NCBI GenBank assembly: GCA_044229845.1
Contig: JBGASG010000001.1
Coordinates: forward strand, 1-64,000
Length of the DNA stretch: 64,000 nucleotides
DNA from: Candidatus Obscuribacteraceae bacterium
GTDB taxonomy: Bacteria > Cyanobacteriota > Vampirovibrionia > Obscuribacterales > Obscuribacteraceae
Reading direction: 5' to 3'
The notes beneath the pieces are model-generated. The model made no database searches, had not been told where the DNA came from, and saw only the letters and a program-made list of their open reading frames with translations. Shown here piece by piece: positions 55,476 through 64,000 of the stretch (positions within the stretch are counted from its first letter, which is position 1; the number at the start of each line of letters is the position of its first letter). A program made the position numbers and the translations under genes.

Positions 55476-55527
55476 AGTGCATATCTTAGCATTATCACAG
55501 CAGCCACAGCATCGTTGGTCGACGCGG

Positions 55528-57036
55528 TTATCGCACCGAATGCGGTGCCTTGCCGGCGATATGTTTGTCCAGCCACCCGCCGGCAAAACCGGCGCGCTGC
55601 AATCCGGCAAGTATGTCGGGATCGCGCTTGAGGAGGTTCCAGACAAACTCGGAGCGAGCATTCTCGAAGGCTATCACGATTGGACCCTGATCGATACCGA
55701 TGCGTTCTTTGTCGACCCAACCGGATTGGGTGGTGGCATCGAAGGTGGGGTTGAAGGCGTCGACAAATCCGCGGTTGGGATCGAACAACTCGGGGCGCTT
55801 TTTCAGCCAGTAGCGCATGGTATCAATGACCAGCTTTCGATCATACGGCAGTGCCGACATAGCTGCGGTCGGTGCAATCGTCCCGTCGTCAAAGCCGTTC
55901 GGTCCGCCGCGCTCGCTATATTCGCGGAACGCGATCTCGCGCCCATCGATGCGCCGCTCCGCATCACCGGGACCATCGCATGCCGTCAGCCCCCAGTCGA
56001 GAGCGCCATATCCACGGAAGTGCTTGGGATTGTCGATGGCGTAGGCATGGTGAACCTGGGTGACGCGGCAGGCATTCTCGTGATAATCGAAGCCGATGCG
56101 ACGGTTTACCTGATCTTTGATATTTCGAAAGTCGATGAATCCTTGCGGATACTGATAACAGAAAAGGGGCATGCCCGGCATGCCTATGTAAGTGTGTCCG
56201 TAACTGCGGGTGGTGGCGGCATCGCCGATAAATGCTTGCCATGACTGAGCCGGAATAGCATGGTCACGTGAGCCCAGTGCGAGGAGGTAGAGCAGAAGCG
56301 CTTCGCTGTATCCGCAGTAGACGCCGTCGTACATGCCGCCTTCGGGGGTCCAGGCGTGAATGATCAGTTTTTTGTCGTTCAAGAAACGATCCCATTGCAC
56401 GCGATCGACGATGAAGTTTGCATCGGCGCGCAGTTGTTTCTCATCGGCATCGGCAGCGCCGTCGAAGTAGTTGCGCGCGGAAAGAATGCCTGCCACCAGA
56501 AGCGCGGTATCGATGGTGGACAGCTCGCTGTTCCACCCAAACTTGCTTTGCTTAGTGGCCCGCAAACCGGTCGCCGGGTCGAGGAAGTGATAGTACATGC
56601 CCCAGTTGCCGCTGCGACCTTCCTTTTCACCGCCCTGCGGCGCGCCGGCGAGCGTCTTCAGAGTTTTTCGCGCATACCGTCGCGCCTCATCCCGCGAGAC
56701 CCAGCCACGCTCGGCGGCGATAGTGTAGGCGGTGAGCGAAAAGCCTGTGGCGGCGATGCTGGCTGGCGCCCCCGGGCGGTCGCGATCCAGAACCAGCCCG
56801 GTAGCCGGGTTTTGATTGGCGCGGAACCACTCGAAGTGCGAGCGTTCCACCAGGTCGATCAGCTTGTCGTCGCTGGCGGCGTCTACGAGCGCCGCGCGCT
56901 CTGCCGGCGAGTCCCAGACCTTTTTGAGAGTGGCGAAATCTTCGTTACTCACGGCGGCAACATTGCATGTACAGAGGGTGAGGGTGACCGCCAGAGTGGT
57001 CAGAGCCCCTAAAAGGTTACGCACGCCTGTTCTCAT
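55528..57036 (-). CDS. GH144-like (DUF3131/'glucoamylase') putative endo-beta-1,2-glucanase, exported
   Basis: Motifs SIAATGF, GMYYHF, ELSTIDTALL, YSEA, LFCYQY, WGLTA and GIDQG. Signal peptide from MRTGVRN. Confidence 0.85.
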   Translation of the reverse strand: MRTGVRNLLGALTTLAVTLTLCTCNVAAVSNEDFATLKKVWDSPAERAALVDAASDDKLIDLVERSHFEWFRANQNPATGLVLDRDRPGAPASIAATGFSLTAYTIAAERGWVSRDEARRYARKTLKTLAGAPQGGEKEGRSGNWGMYYHFLDPATGLRATKQSKFGWNSELSTIDTALLVAGILSARNYFDGAADADEKQLRADANFIVDRVQWDRFLNDKKLIIHAWTPEGGMYDGVYCGYSEALLLYLLALGSRDHAIPAQSWQAFIGDAATTRSYGHTYIGMPGMPLFCYQYPQGFIDFRNIKDQVNRRIGFDYHENACRVTQVHHAYAIDNPKHFRGYGALDWGLTACDGPGDAERRIDGREIAFREYSERGGPNGFDDGTIAPTAAMSALPYDRKLVIDTMRYWLKKRPELFDPNRGFVDAFNPTFDATTQSGWVDKERIGIDQGPIVIAFENARSEFVWNLLKRDPDILAGLQRAGFAGGWLDKHIAGKAPHSVR

Positions 57037-57187
57037 GTTTCCCCAACGCAGCGCCTGCGTTTGTGCGAGCCAACTCCTTATTCTCTCGCGCCCGACGTGC
57101 AAAGCTTGTGTCAGGCGCCCCCTGACAACCGCCGTAGCTTCACATATATAAGGGGGAATAAGAGCTAAAAGACACCCAGATGGGCGT

Positions 57188-59344
57188 ATGCAGCAAGAAG
57201 ATACCCTGATTGAGATAGAGAAGTTCTGTCCGTCGTGCGACCGACGATTTGGTTCGGACGACCTGACTCTGGCGTGCCCCTTCGACGGCGCGGCGCTCAT
57301 GCCTGTCACCGAAGACCCGATCGTTGGTGCAGTGATCGGCGGTAAGTATGAGATCGGCGAGCTGATCGGCACCGGCGGCTGGAGCAAGGTGTACGTCGGG
57401 CATCATACGCAGCTCGACCGGGTGATTGCCTTCAAGCTGTTGCGAGCCGACCTGGTTGCCAGCGCCGAGCGCATCAAGCGGTTTGATTCGGAAGCGCGGT
57501 TGGCCAGCGGACTGAGCCATCCCAATATTTGTACCGTCTACGACTGTGGCATCATGGACAGCGGGCAGCCCTACCTGATTCTCGAACACATCGAAGGCAA
57601 GAGTCTGGCTCGCCTTCTGCAAGACGAAGGCTCGCTCGACCCGGCGCGCAGTGTGCGCTTGCTCAAGCAAATCGCCGGCGCTCTGGAAGCCGCTCACGAA
57701 CGCACCATTGTCCACCGCGACTTGAAGCCGGGCAACATCATGGTGGTCGGCAGCGGCGCAGACGAAAAAGTGAAAATCATCGACTTCGGACTGGCGAAGG
57801 CGTTCGCTGCTGAAGACCGCGAACAACTGACGCACACCGGTATGACCATCGGCACTCCTTGCTATATGAGCCCCGAGCAGGTGCGGGGCGACGTGCTCGA
57901 TTGCCGGTCGGACATCTACTCGCTCGGATGTCTGGCTTACGAGATGCTCACAGGATGGAAGCCGGTACAGGGTGGTTCGGTTTTCGAAACCATGCAGGGA
58001 CACCTGGACAGAGAACCGCGCCCGATGGCGAATGCTAAAAATCCCATTCCGCAGCCGTTGCAAGACCTGACCATGCTTTGCTTGCGTAAGCGTCCGCAGG
58101 ACAGATACCAGACCATGGCTGACATCGAGCGCGCACTGACCACTTATGAGAAACATGGACGCATCGAAAAGCCCAAGATGGGTGCCGGACACCTGGCGCA
58201 CAAGGTGTCCTATTCGCTCAATAAGATGGTCGGTACGGTCAAGAAGCGCTTGTCTCCGCACCGCCGCCTTTTCCAGGGGTTGATCATTGCCAACACTTGC
58301 GTTTTGCTGGCGGCACTTTTGGCGATGGCGTTTGCTCCGCAGTTTATCCTCAGGCTTCCGTTTGTCGCTCAGCAGCAACAGCCGGTGGCGTCGGTTAAGA
58401 TGCAGGAGTTTATGCGTCTGCGGGATAGCGATGACTTCCCGGCTGCCGAGCAATTCGGCAAGGACTACTTCAACGATCTGGTGGCCAACAAAAAGCAGTC
58501 AGACCCAGATTTTCTGAAACTGTGCGACATGATGCAGCGTATGCTGGTGCAACATGGACGGCATCGAGACGCGGTGCCTTATATCGAGGCCGCTTTCAAA
58601 CAAGCGCAGACGGAGGCGAAGCCGGGCACCGACGATTTGCTCAAGGCTTATGCCAACGCCGCCAATGCGCTTTTGACGATTGATGATCGTGATGCCTTAC
58701 CCTATCTGGAGAAAACCACGGAACTCACCAAGGCCAGATACGGTGCCGACAGCAAGGAAGTATGCGAGCCTCTCTATCACACGGCGTGGTGCCGGTTTCG
58801 CAAGGGCGACGCCGAAGATGCCATCAAGGGATACAAAGAACTCCTGGTGCTGTTGCACAAATACTATCCGCCCAATGATGTGCTGACAATCAGGACTCTT
58901 CATCGCCTGAGTGTCGTTCAAGTGCACGTGCGTCGCTATGCGGATGCGGCCGCGACCTGCGATCAGGCTTTGCCTTTGATCTCGGATACCAGCACTCCCG
59001 GAGATCTGTTGCGCGACTTGCTGCAGTCTGCTGCTCATGCCAATCAACACATCGGCAACTATGACAAAGCAATTGCGCTCTTCAAGCGGGCATTGGCAGT
59101 CTCTGAAAAAGTAACCGTCGTGCAGGCGGAAATTATCGAAGCCGACATGGGCGTCTGCATGGTGGAAGCCAAACAATACAAACAGGCCGAGCCGGTTTTG
59201 CTTGACGCTATGCGACGCATCGCTTCCCGCTGGGGACCGGAGTCCGAGTCATATCAAGTCTGCTTGACCAAGTTTGTCGAGATGCTGCGAGCTACCGGTG
59301 ACAGCAAGCGCGCAGACGCCATCGAAGCTGCGGGCCGAGTCTAG
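57188..59344 (+). CDS. Hanks-type Ser/Thr kinase with N-terminal zinc ribbon, TM helix and C-terminal TPRs
   Basis: CPSC...CPFD, GTGGWS, AFK, HRDLKPGN, DFG, YMSPE, then TM helix and TPRs. Confidence 0.95.
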   Translation: MQQEDTLIEIEKFCPSCDRRFGSDDLTLACPFDGAALMPVTEDPIVGAVIGGKYEIGELIGTGGWSKVYVGHHTQLDRVIAFKLLRADLVASAERIKRFDSEARLASGLSHPNICTVYDCGIMDSGQPYLILEHIEGKSLARLLQDEGSLDPARSVRLLKQIAGALEAAHERTIVHRDLKPGNIMVVGSGADEKVKIIDFGLAKAFAAEDREQLTHTGMTIGTPCYMSPEQVRGDVLDCRSDIYSLGCLAYEMLTGWKPVQGGSVFETMQGHLDREPRPMANAKNPIPQPLQDLTMLCLRKRPQDRYQTMADIERALTTYEKHGRIEKPKMGAGHLAHKVSYSLNKMVGTVKKRLSPHRRLFQGLIIANTCVLLAALLAMAFAPQFILRLPFVAQQQQPVASVKMQEFMRLRDSDDFPAAEQFGKDYFNDLVANKKQSDPDFLKLCDMMQRMLVQHGRHRDAVPYIEAAFKQAQTEAKPGTDDLLKAYANAANALLTIDDRDALPYLEKTTELTKARYGADSKEVCEPLYHTAWCRFRKGDAEDAIKGYKELLVLLHKYYPPNDVLTIRTLHRLSVVQVHVRRYADAAATCDQALPLISDTSTPGDLLRDLLQSAAHANQHIGNYDKAIALFKRALAVSEKVTVVQAEIIEADMGVCMVEAKQYKQAEPVLLDAMRRIASRWGPESESYQVCLTKFVEMLRATGDSKRADAIEAAGRV

Positions 59345-59345
59345 C

Positions 59346-59739
59346 ATGTGCCCACACGGCATTACCGTCGAGAAGTACTGTCCGGCTTGCGCTCGCAAGT
59401 TTGCACCGGAGGACGAGTCCCTGACGTGTCAGGAAGACAATGCCGTCCTGTTGCCGGTCACCCGCGATCCGCTGCTGGGTAAGCTGATCGACGAAAAGTA
59501 CCAGACAGATTATCGAGCTGATCGGCGCCGGCGGATCAAGCATGGTGTATCGGGCAAAACAGCTGGAGTTGGGGCGCGAGGTTGCGTTCAAATTGTTGCG
59601 GACAGATCTGGTTTCTTCAGCCGAAAAGATTCAGCGTTTCGGTCTGGAAGCGCGGCTGGCCGGCAAGGTCAGTCACAACAATATCTGTACGGTCTGCGAC
59701 TTCGGCATCATGAGCAGCGGGCAAGGCAAGCCCAGGTAA
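59346..59739 (+). pseudogene. Frameshifted, truncated paralogue of the upstream Ser/Thr kinase
   Basis: Same zinc ribbon and N-lobe as the neighbour. A CAGA duplication at 59502-59509 shifts the frame, and the ORF stops after DFGIMSSGQ. Confidence 0.88.
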
Positions 59740-59743
59740 TTCG

Positions 59744-60517
59744 CTAGCTGAGCAGGGCTCGACGTGACGCTCTATAGAAAGTTTTTGAACACTCCAGTAA
59801 GAAGTCCCTGGAAGAAACTTCTAGTGCCGCCAGGCTTTTCGCATGATCTGCGATGAATACAAAACAGGCAGTGAAGAACATCGCGCACCAGGCGTAGTGC
59901 ACGAACCGGCGCACCGCTGGAGGAAACCTGCACATCTGGTTGCGCAAGAAACTGCAGTGAAACTCCAGGTGTCCCAGTTCATCCAGGACCATAAGTGAGA
60001 AGGCGCTGCACATGATAGGACTGGTCAGGTTTTCGGCGCACGCCTTGTAGAAACATTTGCCTATAATTTCAGCAATCAGGAGAATGAAAAGTTCGGTCTT
60101 CAATCCGAACATGCGGCGCAAGGCAATGAAAGCCAGATCAGTCCAGTGCCACGTAAGCAGAGTTCCATCTATCGCTTGAATCATCTCGGCGAGCACGCGA
60201 GCGTGGAACTGTTCTTCTTTGATGAACAGATCGATCGATTCTTCGTATAGCTTGTCTCCGCTATTGCGCGCGTACTTCCGAAGGTGCTTACCTTCGCCGG
60301 TTTCTCCAATCTGAAAGCGTTGCAGCGAGCGAATTAACGGTGTGCGAACCGCTTGCGGTATCTCTCCTGTCATGTCGCCGGGAAAGGTGATGTGCACTCG
60401 CTCTTCTTTGTTAGTCTGGAAATACCAGAGCCAATAGGATGAAGAGTAGATATCCGCAGGTTCTTCTATCGATGGTGTCGGGACCTTCAAAGTCGTCGAC
60501 AGATCATCCATGATCAT
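59744..60517 (-). CDS. Ferritin-like domain protein
   Basis: Diiron-type pattern FQIGE, EEQFH, IAE, DELGH. Confidence 0.8.
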   Translation of the reverse strand: MIMDDLSTTLKVPTPSIEEPADIYSSSYWLWYFQTNKEERVHITFPGDMTGEIPQAVRTPLIRSLQRFQIGETGEGKHLRKYARNSGDKLYEESIDLFIKEEQFHARVLAEMIQAIDGTLLTWHWTDLAFIALRRMFGLKTELFILLIAEIIGKCFYKACAENLTSPIMCSAFSLMVLDELGHLEFHCSFLRNQMCRFPPAVRRFVHYAWCAMFFTACFVFIADHAKSLAALEVSSRDFLLECSKTFYRASRRALLS

Positions 60518-60656
60518 GTGTTTTCCTCATCGTTACGCGCACGCCAGTGCACGTTGCTTCGAGCGTAGCACGGAGAGTAAATGCGCAGATCTGCGGCCTC
60601 AGGTATTCCAACCTAGCTTTTACGGCACTCTAACAAAGCATTTCCCTTGTGCCAAT

Positions 60657-61721
60657 CTATTGTGCCAACTTGCGAACAACGCACAGGAGACCGCTTTGAA
60701 TGCGAGCCAGTTTGTCGTAATCGACTTTGTCGGGTGTGTCGTTTTGCGTGTGATAAAACGGATTGCGCAAAAACGCCGTATCCGTCACCATAACGCCCGG
60801 ATAGCCGTTTTGCCAGAAGCCCAATTGATCCGAAAAGTCGATGCCGGGAATCAGCTCCGGTGCAACCAGTCCCTCGCTGGGAAACTTCGTCGATTCACGA
60901 AAAGCACCGACGCACTGGTGCACCAGAGTGGATGAATCCAGGTTACCGACGAAGGCGAGGAAGTTTCCTTTGTCAGGATAAAACCAGCCGATCGGTCCCG
61001 GATACTTCTGCGACCCGGCTTCATCAGAGTAATAACCAAGTGTCTCCAACGCCAGCATGGCAACAATTTTTTCTTTGCGGCTGGCGCACAAGTCGGCATA
61101 GTGAGTGCTTCCCATATCGGGGCTGCGGAAGAATGGTGGCTCTTCATTGGTGAATGCGACAAATCTGATTGTTCGTCCAGGACTCTCCTTAGTCATGGTG
61201 CGCGCCAACTCCAGCAAAGTAGCGACGCCGCTGGCATTATCATCGGCGGCCGGACAGTCGAATACGGAATCATAATGTGCACCGATTACGATGATTTCGT
61301 CAGCATGTTGGCTGCCCTTCAATGTCGCAATGATGTTGTGGGACCTCTTTCCCATCAGTGCAACAGCAGTGTTTCCTGCCTGATGCGCGAGGTCTTCCGT
61401 TTCTTTGACCTCAGGACTGCTGACGGCGTACTCTTGAGTTTCTATCTGATATCCAAGCTGGCGCAGCTCTGATTCGATATGTTGCGCGGCAACTTCCAGG
61501 TGTTCAGGAGCGCTGGTCAAACTGCGGGCACCAAGCGCACCGGCAAGAATCTCTACGGAATGTTGCAGACGTTTTGCCGAGTCCTGTTCTGTTTGCGTGA
61601 GCGGTGGCACGGCACCATTGTATGAGTGCCCAGGCATGATCACGAACGAGCCGATGACGACCACCCCAGCCGCCACCAGCATCACTATTAACACTGCCAG
61701 TAGCCTTACAAAGCGACGCAT
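60657..61721 (-). CDS. M28-family peptidase
   Basis: N-terminal TM helix and motifs GAHYDS, ADDNASG, NEEPP and YHT. Confidence 0.92.
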   Translation of the reverse strand: MRRFVRLLAVLIVMLVAAGVVVIGSFVIMPGHSYNGAVPPLTQTEQDSAKRLQHSVEILAGALGARSLTSAPEHLEVAAQHIESELRQLGYQIETQEYAVSSPEVKETEDLAHQAGNTAVALMGKRSHNIIATLKGSQHADEIIVIGAHYDSVFDCPAADDNASGVATLLELARTMTKESPGRTIRFVAFTNEEPPFFRSPDMGSTHYADLCASRKEKIVAMLALETLGYYSDEAGSQKYPGPIGWFYPDKGNFLAFVGNLDSSTLVHQCVGAFRESTKFPSEGLVAPELIPGIDFSDQLGFWQNGYPGVMVTDTAFLRNPFYHTQNDTPDKVDYDKLARIQSGLLCVVRKLAQ

Positions 61722-61759
61722 GAGAGACCTTTCTGCACTGCTGGGAGTATAATGCATCC

Positions 61760-62092
61760 ATGATCGACGATCCCCCGGTTGACGAGTTGGAGCAGCGCCG
61801 ACGGAAGAGAGCGCAAGAAACACCTGTGGGCGGAGTTAGCGATGCCTGGAAAAGCTTTGAGCCGGGGCAGCAAGTGCTGTGTCGCGTGGTGGCACCGGAA
61901 GAAGGCGGCTACAGCGTGGTGCTGATCGAAGGACATACGCCCGGATATCTGCCTACCGAGCGCAAACACAAGCACGGCGAAGACGTCCGCGCGCAGTTCG
62001 TCTGTGTCAACGGCGGACGCTTGCTGCTCGTACCGCTGCTTCGCAACCTGGCTGAATCGCCTGACTTGAGTAACTCCAGCGACTTCGACTGA
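61760..62092 (+). CDS. Small S1/OB-fold-like protein
   Basis: GGGAG RBS. FEPGQQVLCRVV...GGYSVVL...GYLP...GEDVRAQ pattern. Confidence 0.6.
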   Translation: MIDDPPVDELEQRRRKRAQETPVGGVSDAWKSFEPGQQVLCRVVAPEEGGYSVVLIEGHTPGYLPTERKHKHGEDVRAQFVCVNGGRLLLVPLLRNLAESPDLSNSSDFD

Positions 62093-62098
62093 ATTGGC

Positions 62099-62117
62099 TG
62101 ACGGCAACCTACCGTCA
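62099..62117 (-). promoter_or_regulatory. Candidate bacterial SECIS element
   Basis: UGACGGUA-GGU-UGCCGUCA hairpin starting 11 nt after the UGA at 62131-62129, with loop G at +23. Confidence 0.65.
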
Positions 62118-62119
62118 AG

Positions 62120-62617
62120 TTAACCGCCTCAACTGAAACCCTGACGCGGTGCGGCGCTGCCGCCCGGACCGGCGCGCCCGCCTTTGTCGAAGTAGTTGCC
62201 CTGTCCGGCGAATGTGCGGTGCTGGTTGTAGTACGCCATCGTCTGGTTGGCGTAGTCGGCGTACGAGCGCAGCGTCGGATCCTGACTGCGGGCGACTACC
62301 CAGTCGTAATGCTGTTGTGCTGCGGCAGTCTGATTCTGGTGCTGATAGCATTGCCCGATGTAATAGTGAACCAGGTCGCAGCAAAATCCGCTGCTGTCCA
62401 GCTTGAAGAAGCATTTCAACGCACCGGAATAGTTTCTCTTCTGATACAGACTCAAGCCTTCTTTGTAGGTTGCCTGACTGAGAAGCTTCGCCCGTTTTGC
62501 CTGGGCTGCGGAGGTCTTCTTAGAGGCACCTGACTTAGCCGCCTTCGCGTCCACCGATATGGCTGGCAATGACAGCAGGGCGGAAAGTACCAGCAGGAGA
62601 GCAAGCGGTTTTTGCAT
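62120..62617 (-). CDS. Exported TPR-like protein, candidate selenoprotein ending F-S-U-G-G (ends at 62129 if UGA is a stop)
   Basis: GGAG RBS, signal peptide, TPR pair containing CC, Gly-rich tail, then TGA GGC GGT TAA and the SECIS-like hairpin. Confidence 0.75.
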
Positions 62618-62676
62618 ATGAAATCCACTCGGGGGGCTATCTATCTGATGCCCAAAATAGGGTTTTCCAAATCGGT

Positions 62677-63483
62677 TCAACGCGGATCGAACCAATATCG
62701 ATACATCGGAAAGCCCTGCCAGTTCGTGTCTCCCGTGTTTTGCAGCCAGCCGCGCGGAGCACCGGGCTCGGTCGCGGAAAAGGTGAAATTGCCCGGTGCC
62801 TGATCGATGGGAATCGCCAGGATCATGCATGGGTCTGGGACATAGCCGTTCCAGTATCGAGAAACTGAAGTCGACAACTTCATCCATTGCCGGCGATTCG
62901 GTATGGCACGCTTGTCCCAGAAGAAGATGTCGAGATTGTGATAAGGAGCGACCATGGCGTCATTGCTGTAAGCGTAGGCCGGTAGCCAGTTCGGGCGACC
63001 TTTGGGTTGTTGATTCTTGTCCTGTGCTTGTCCCTGCAGTGGGGCTTGTTGTGTTGCGCGCGGGAAAAGCTGTGCCGGTGCTGCCGTCCGTGCTTGCATC
63101 GGGTTGCCGAACTGCCAGGGCGTGTAGGGCGAGCCACCAGGGGCGGTGCCGGGAGGAGGTTGCTGTTGTTGTTGGAGATATCCCGGAAATACTGGAGTTG
63201 CGGGCGGTGCCACCTTTTGTGTTTGCTCGACCTGTCCTTGCAGCATGCCGGAGTTGTTGCCGGGATACGCCGGATACTGCTGATTGTTGCTCGGATACTG
63301 GTTGGTCGGTTGAGTGTACTGCGTGTTGGGCGGGATGTACGGCAGGTTGGGCGGCGGGCTGGGAGGCGCGGCATAGCTCGGCACGTAGTCCATTGGCACA
63401 TAATCTTCTGCCAACGCTGGACCGGGGCTCTGCCAAGCCACCAGCACCATGGCGAGAATCTCTAAAAATCGTACTTTACGCAC
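62677..63483 (-). CDS. Exported Pro/Gln-rich protein with Trp-rich C-terminal domain
   Basis: GTG start, signal peptide ending ALA, low-complexity linker, and a ~95-aa globular C-terminus. Confidence 0.7.
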   Translation of the reverse strand: MRKVRFLEILAMVLVAWQSPGPALAEDYVPMDYVPSYAAPPSPPPNLPYIPPNTQYTQPTNQYPSNNQQYPAYPGNNSGMLQGQVEQTQKVAPPATPVFPGYLQQQQQPPPGTAPGGSPYTPWQFGNPMQARTAAPAQLFPRATQQAPLQGQAQDKNQQPKGRPNWLPAYAYSNDAMVAPYHNLDIFFWDKRAIPNRRQWMKLSTSVSRYWNGYVPDPCMILAIPIDQAPGNFTFSATEPGAPRGWLQNTGDTNWQGFPMYRYWFDPR

Positions 63484-63657
63484 ATATTCACCGGCGCAAA
63501 CTGTAACCAGCATATCATTTCAGCCAACTCAACCGTGTGAGCGTGCCTCCGCACCGGCAGTGGTCAAGCGGTGCCGCGGGTGACAATCGCGACAGTGGAA
63601 GCGGTATCCTATAGCCGGGAACGAACTAGAGTCGTTTCAGCACAAGGAGGACAACTG

Positions 63658-64000
63658 GTGCATACATTCACAGGCGGCGAATTCATCGTCATGGGCATTC
63701 CAGCGGAGACTCTGGATTCCGAAACGCTCAGCATCATCAAGCAGGTGCAGCCCGCCGGTTTCATCCTTTTTTCAAGAAACGTCAAGAGCCCGCAGAAACT
63801 GCGCGACCTCACGGAAAGTCTGCGGCGCGCCGTCAACCACGAACCGATTATCACCATCGATCAGGAAGGTGGTCGGGTTTCTCGCCTCAAAGAATTCATG
63901 ACCGAGCCGCCCAGCGCGCGGCAGTTCGCCGAACGCGATGACGTTGCGTTGATCGAAGAGCATGGTCTTTTGACAGGAAAGCTGTTGCGCTTATTCGGCT
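63658..64000 (+). CDS. nagZ: GH3 beta-N-acetylhexosaminidase-like protein (3'-truncated at window edge)
   Basis: AAGGAGG RBS and GTG start. GFILFSRN and IDQEGGRVSRL. Absent from the ORF track because its stop lies outside the window. Confidence 0.85.
   Translation, partial: MHTFTGGEFIVMGIPAETLDSETLSIIKQVQPAGFILFSRNVKSPQKLRDLTESLRRAVNHEPIITIDQEGGRVSRLKEFMTEPPSARQFAERDDVALIEEHGLLTGKLLRLFG

Overview
Bacterial chromosomal window that mixes housekeeping genes with lineage-specific genes. RNA polymerase beta-prime is split into rpoC1 and rpoC2, both tRNAs lack an encoded CCA, and one membrane protein resembles a cyanobacterial/plastid family. No photosynthesis genes are present. I therefore infer a non-photosynthetic Cyanobacteriota lineage (Melainabacteria/Vampirovibrionia, Obscuribacterales-like); this was not checked against a database. 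Core genes are valS, a thiolase, plsC, ackA, rpoB-rpoC1-rpoC2, a xerC-type recombinase, a class A PBP, nupC, cstA, a 5'-nucleotidase, a partial nagZ-like GH3, tRNA-Ser(GCT) and tRNA-Sec(TCA). The best candidate for an undescribed system is selenocysteine recoding. A small exported TPR protein (62120..62617, minus strand) has an apparent UGA stop followed by Gly-Gly-UAA and a hairpin with the geometry of a bacterial SECIS, which predicts a C-terminal F-S-U-G-G selenoprotein in a genome that carries tRNA-Sec. Other notable signals: a CstA ending in the RCC motif of the YbdD/YjiX family; a catalytically dead Mre11/SbcD homologue paired with a membrane-anchored SMC-like ATPase; an 11-bp inverted repeat bracketing rpoC1; a structured leader before tRNA-Ser; and several frameshifted accessory genes. 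I found no CRISPR array, rRNA, transposase or prophage.
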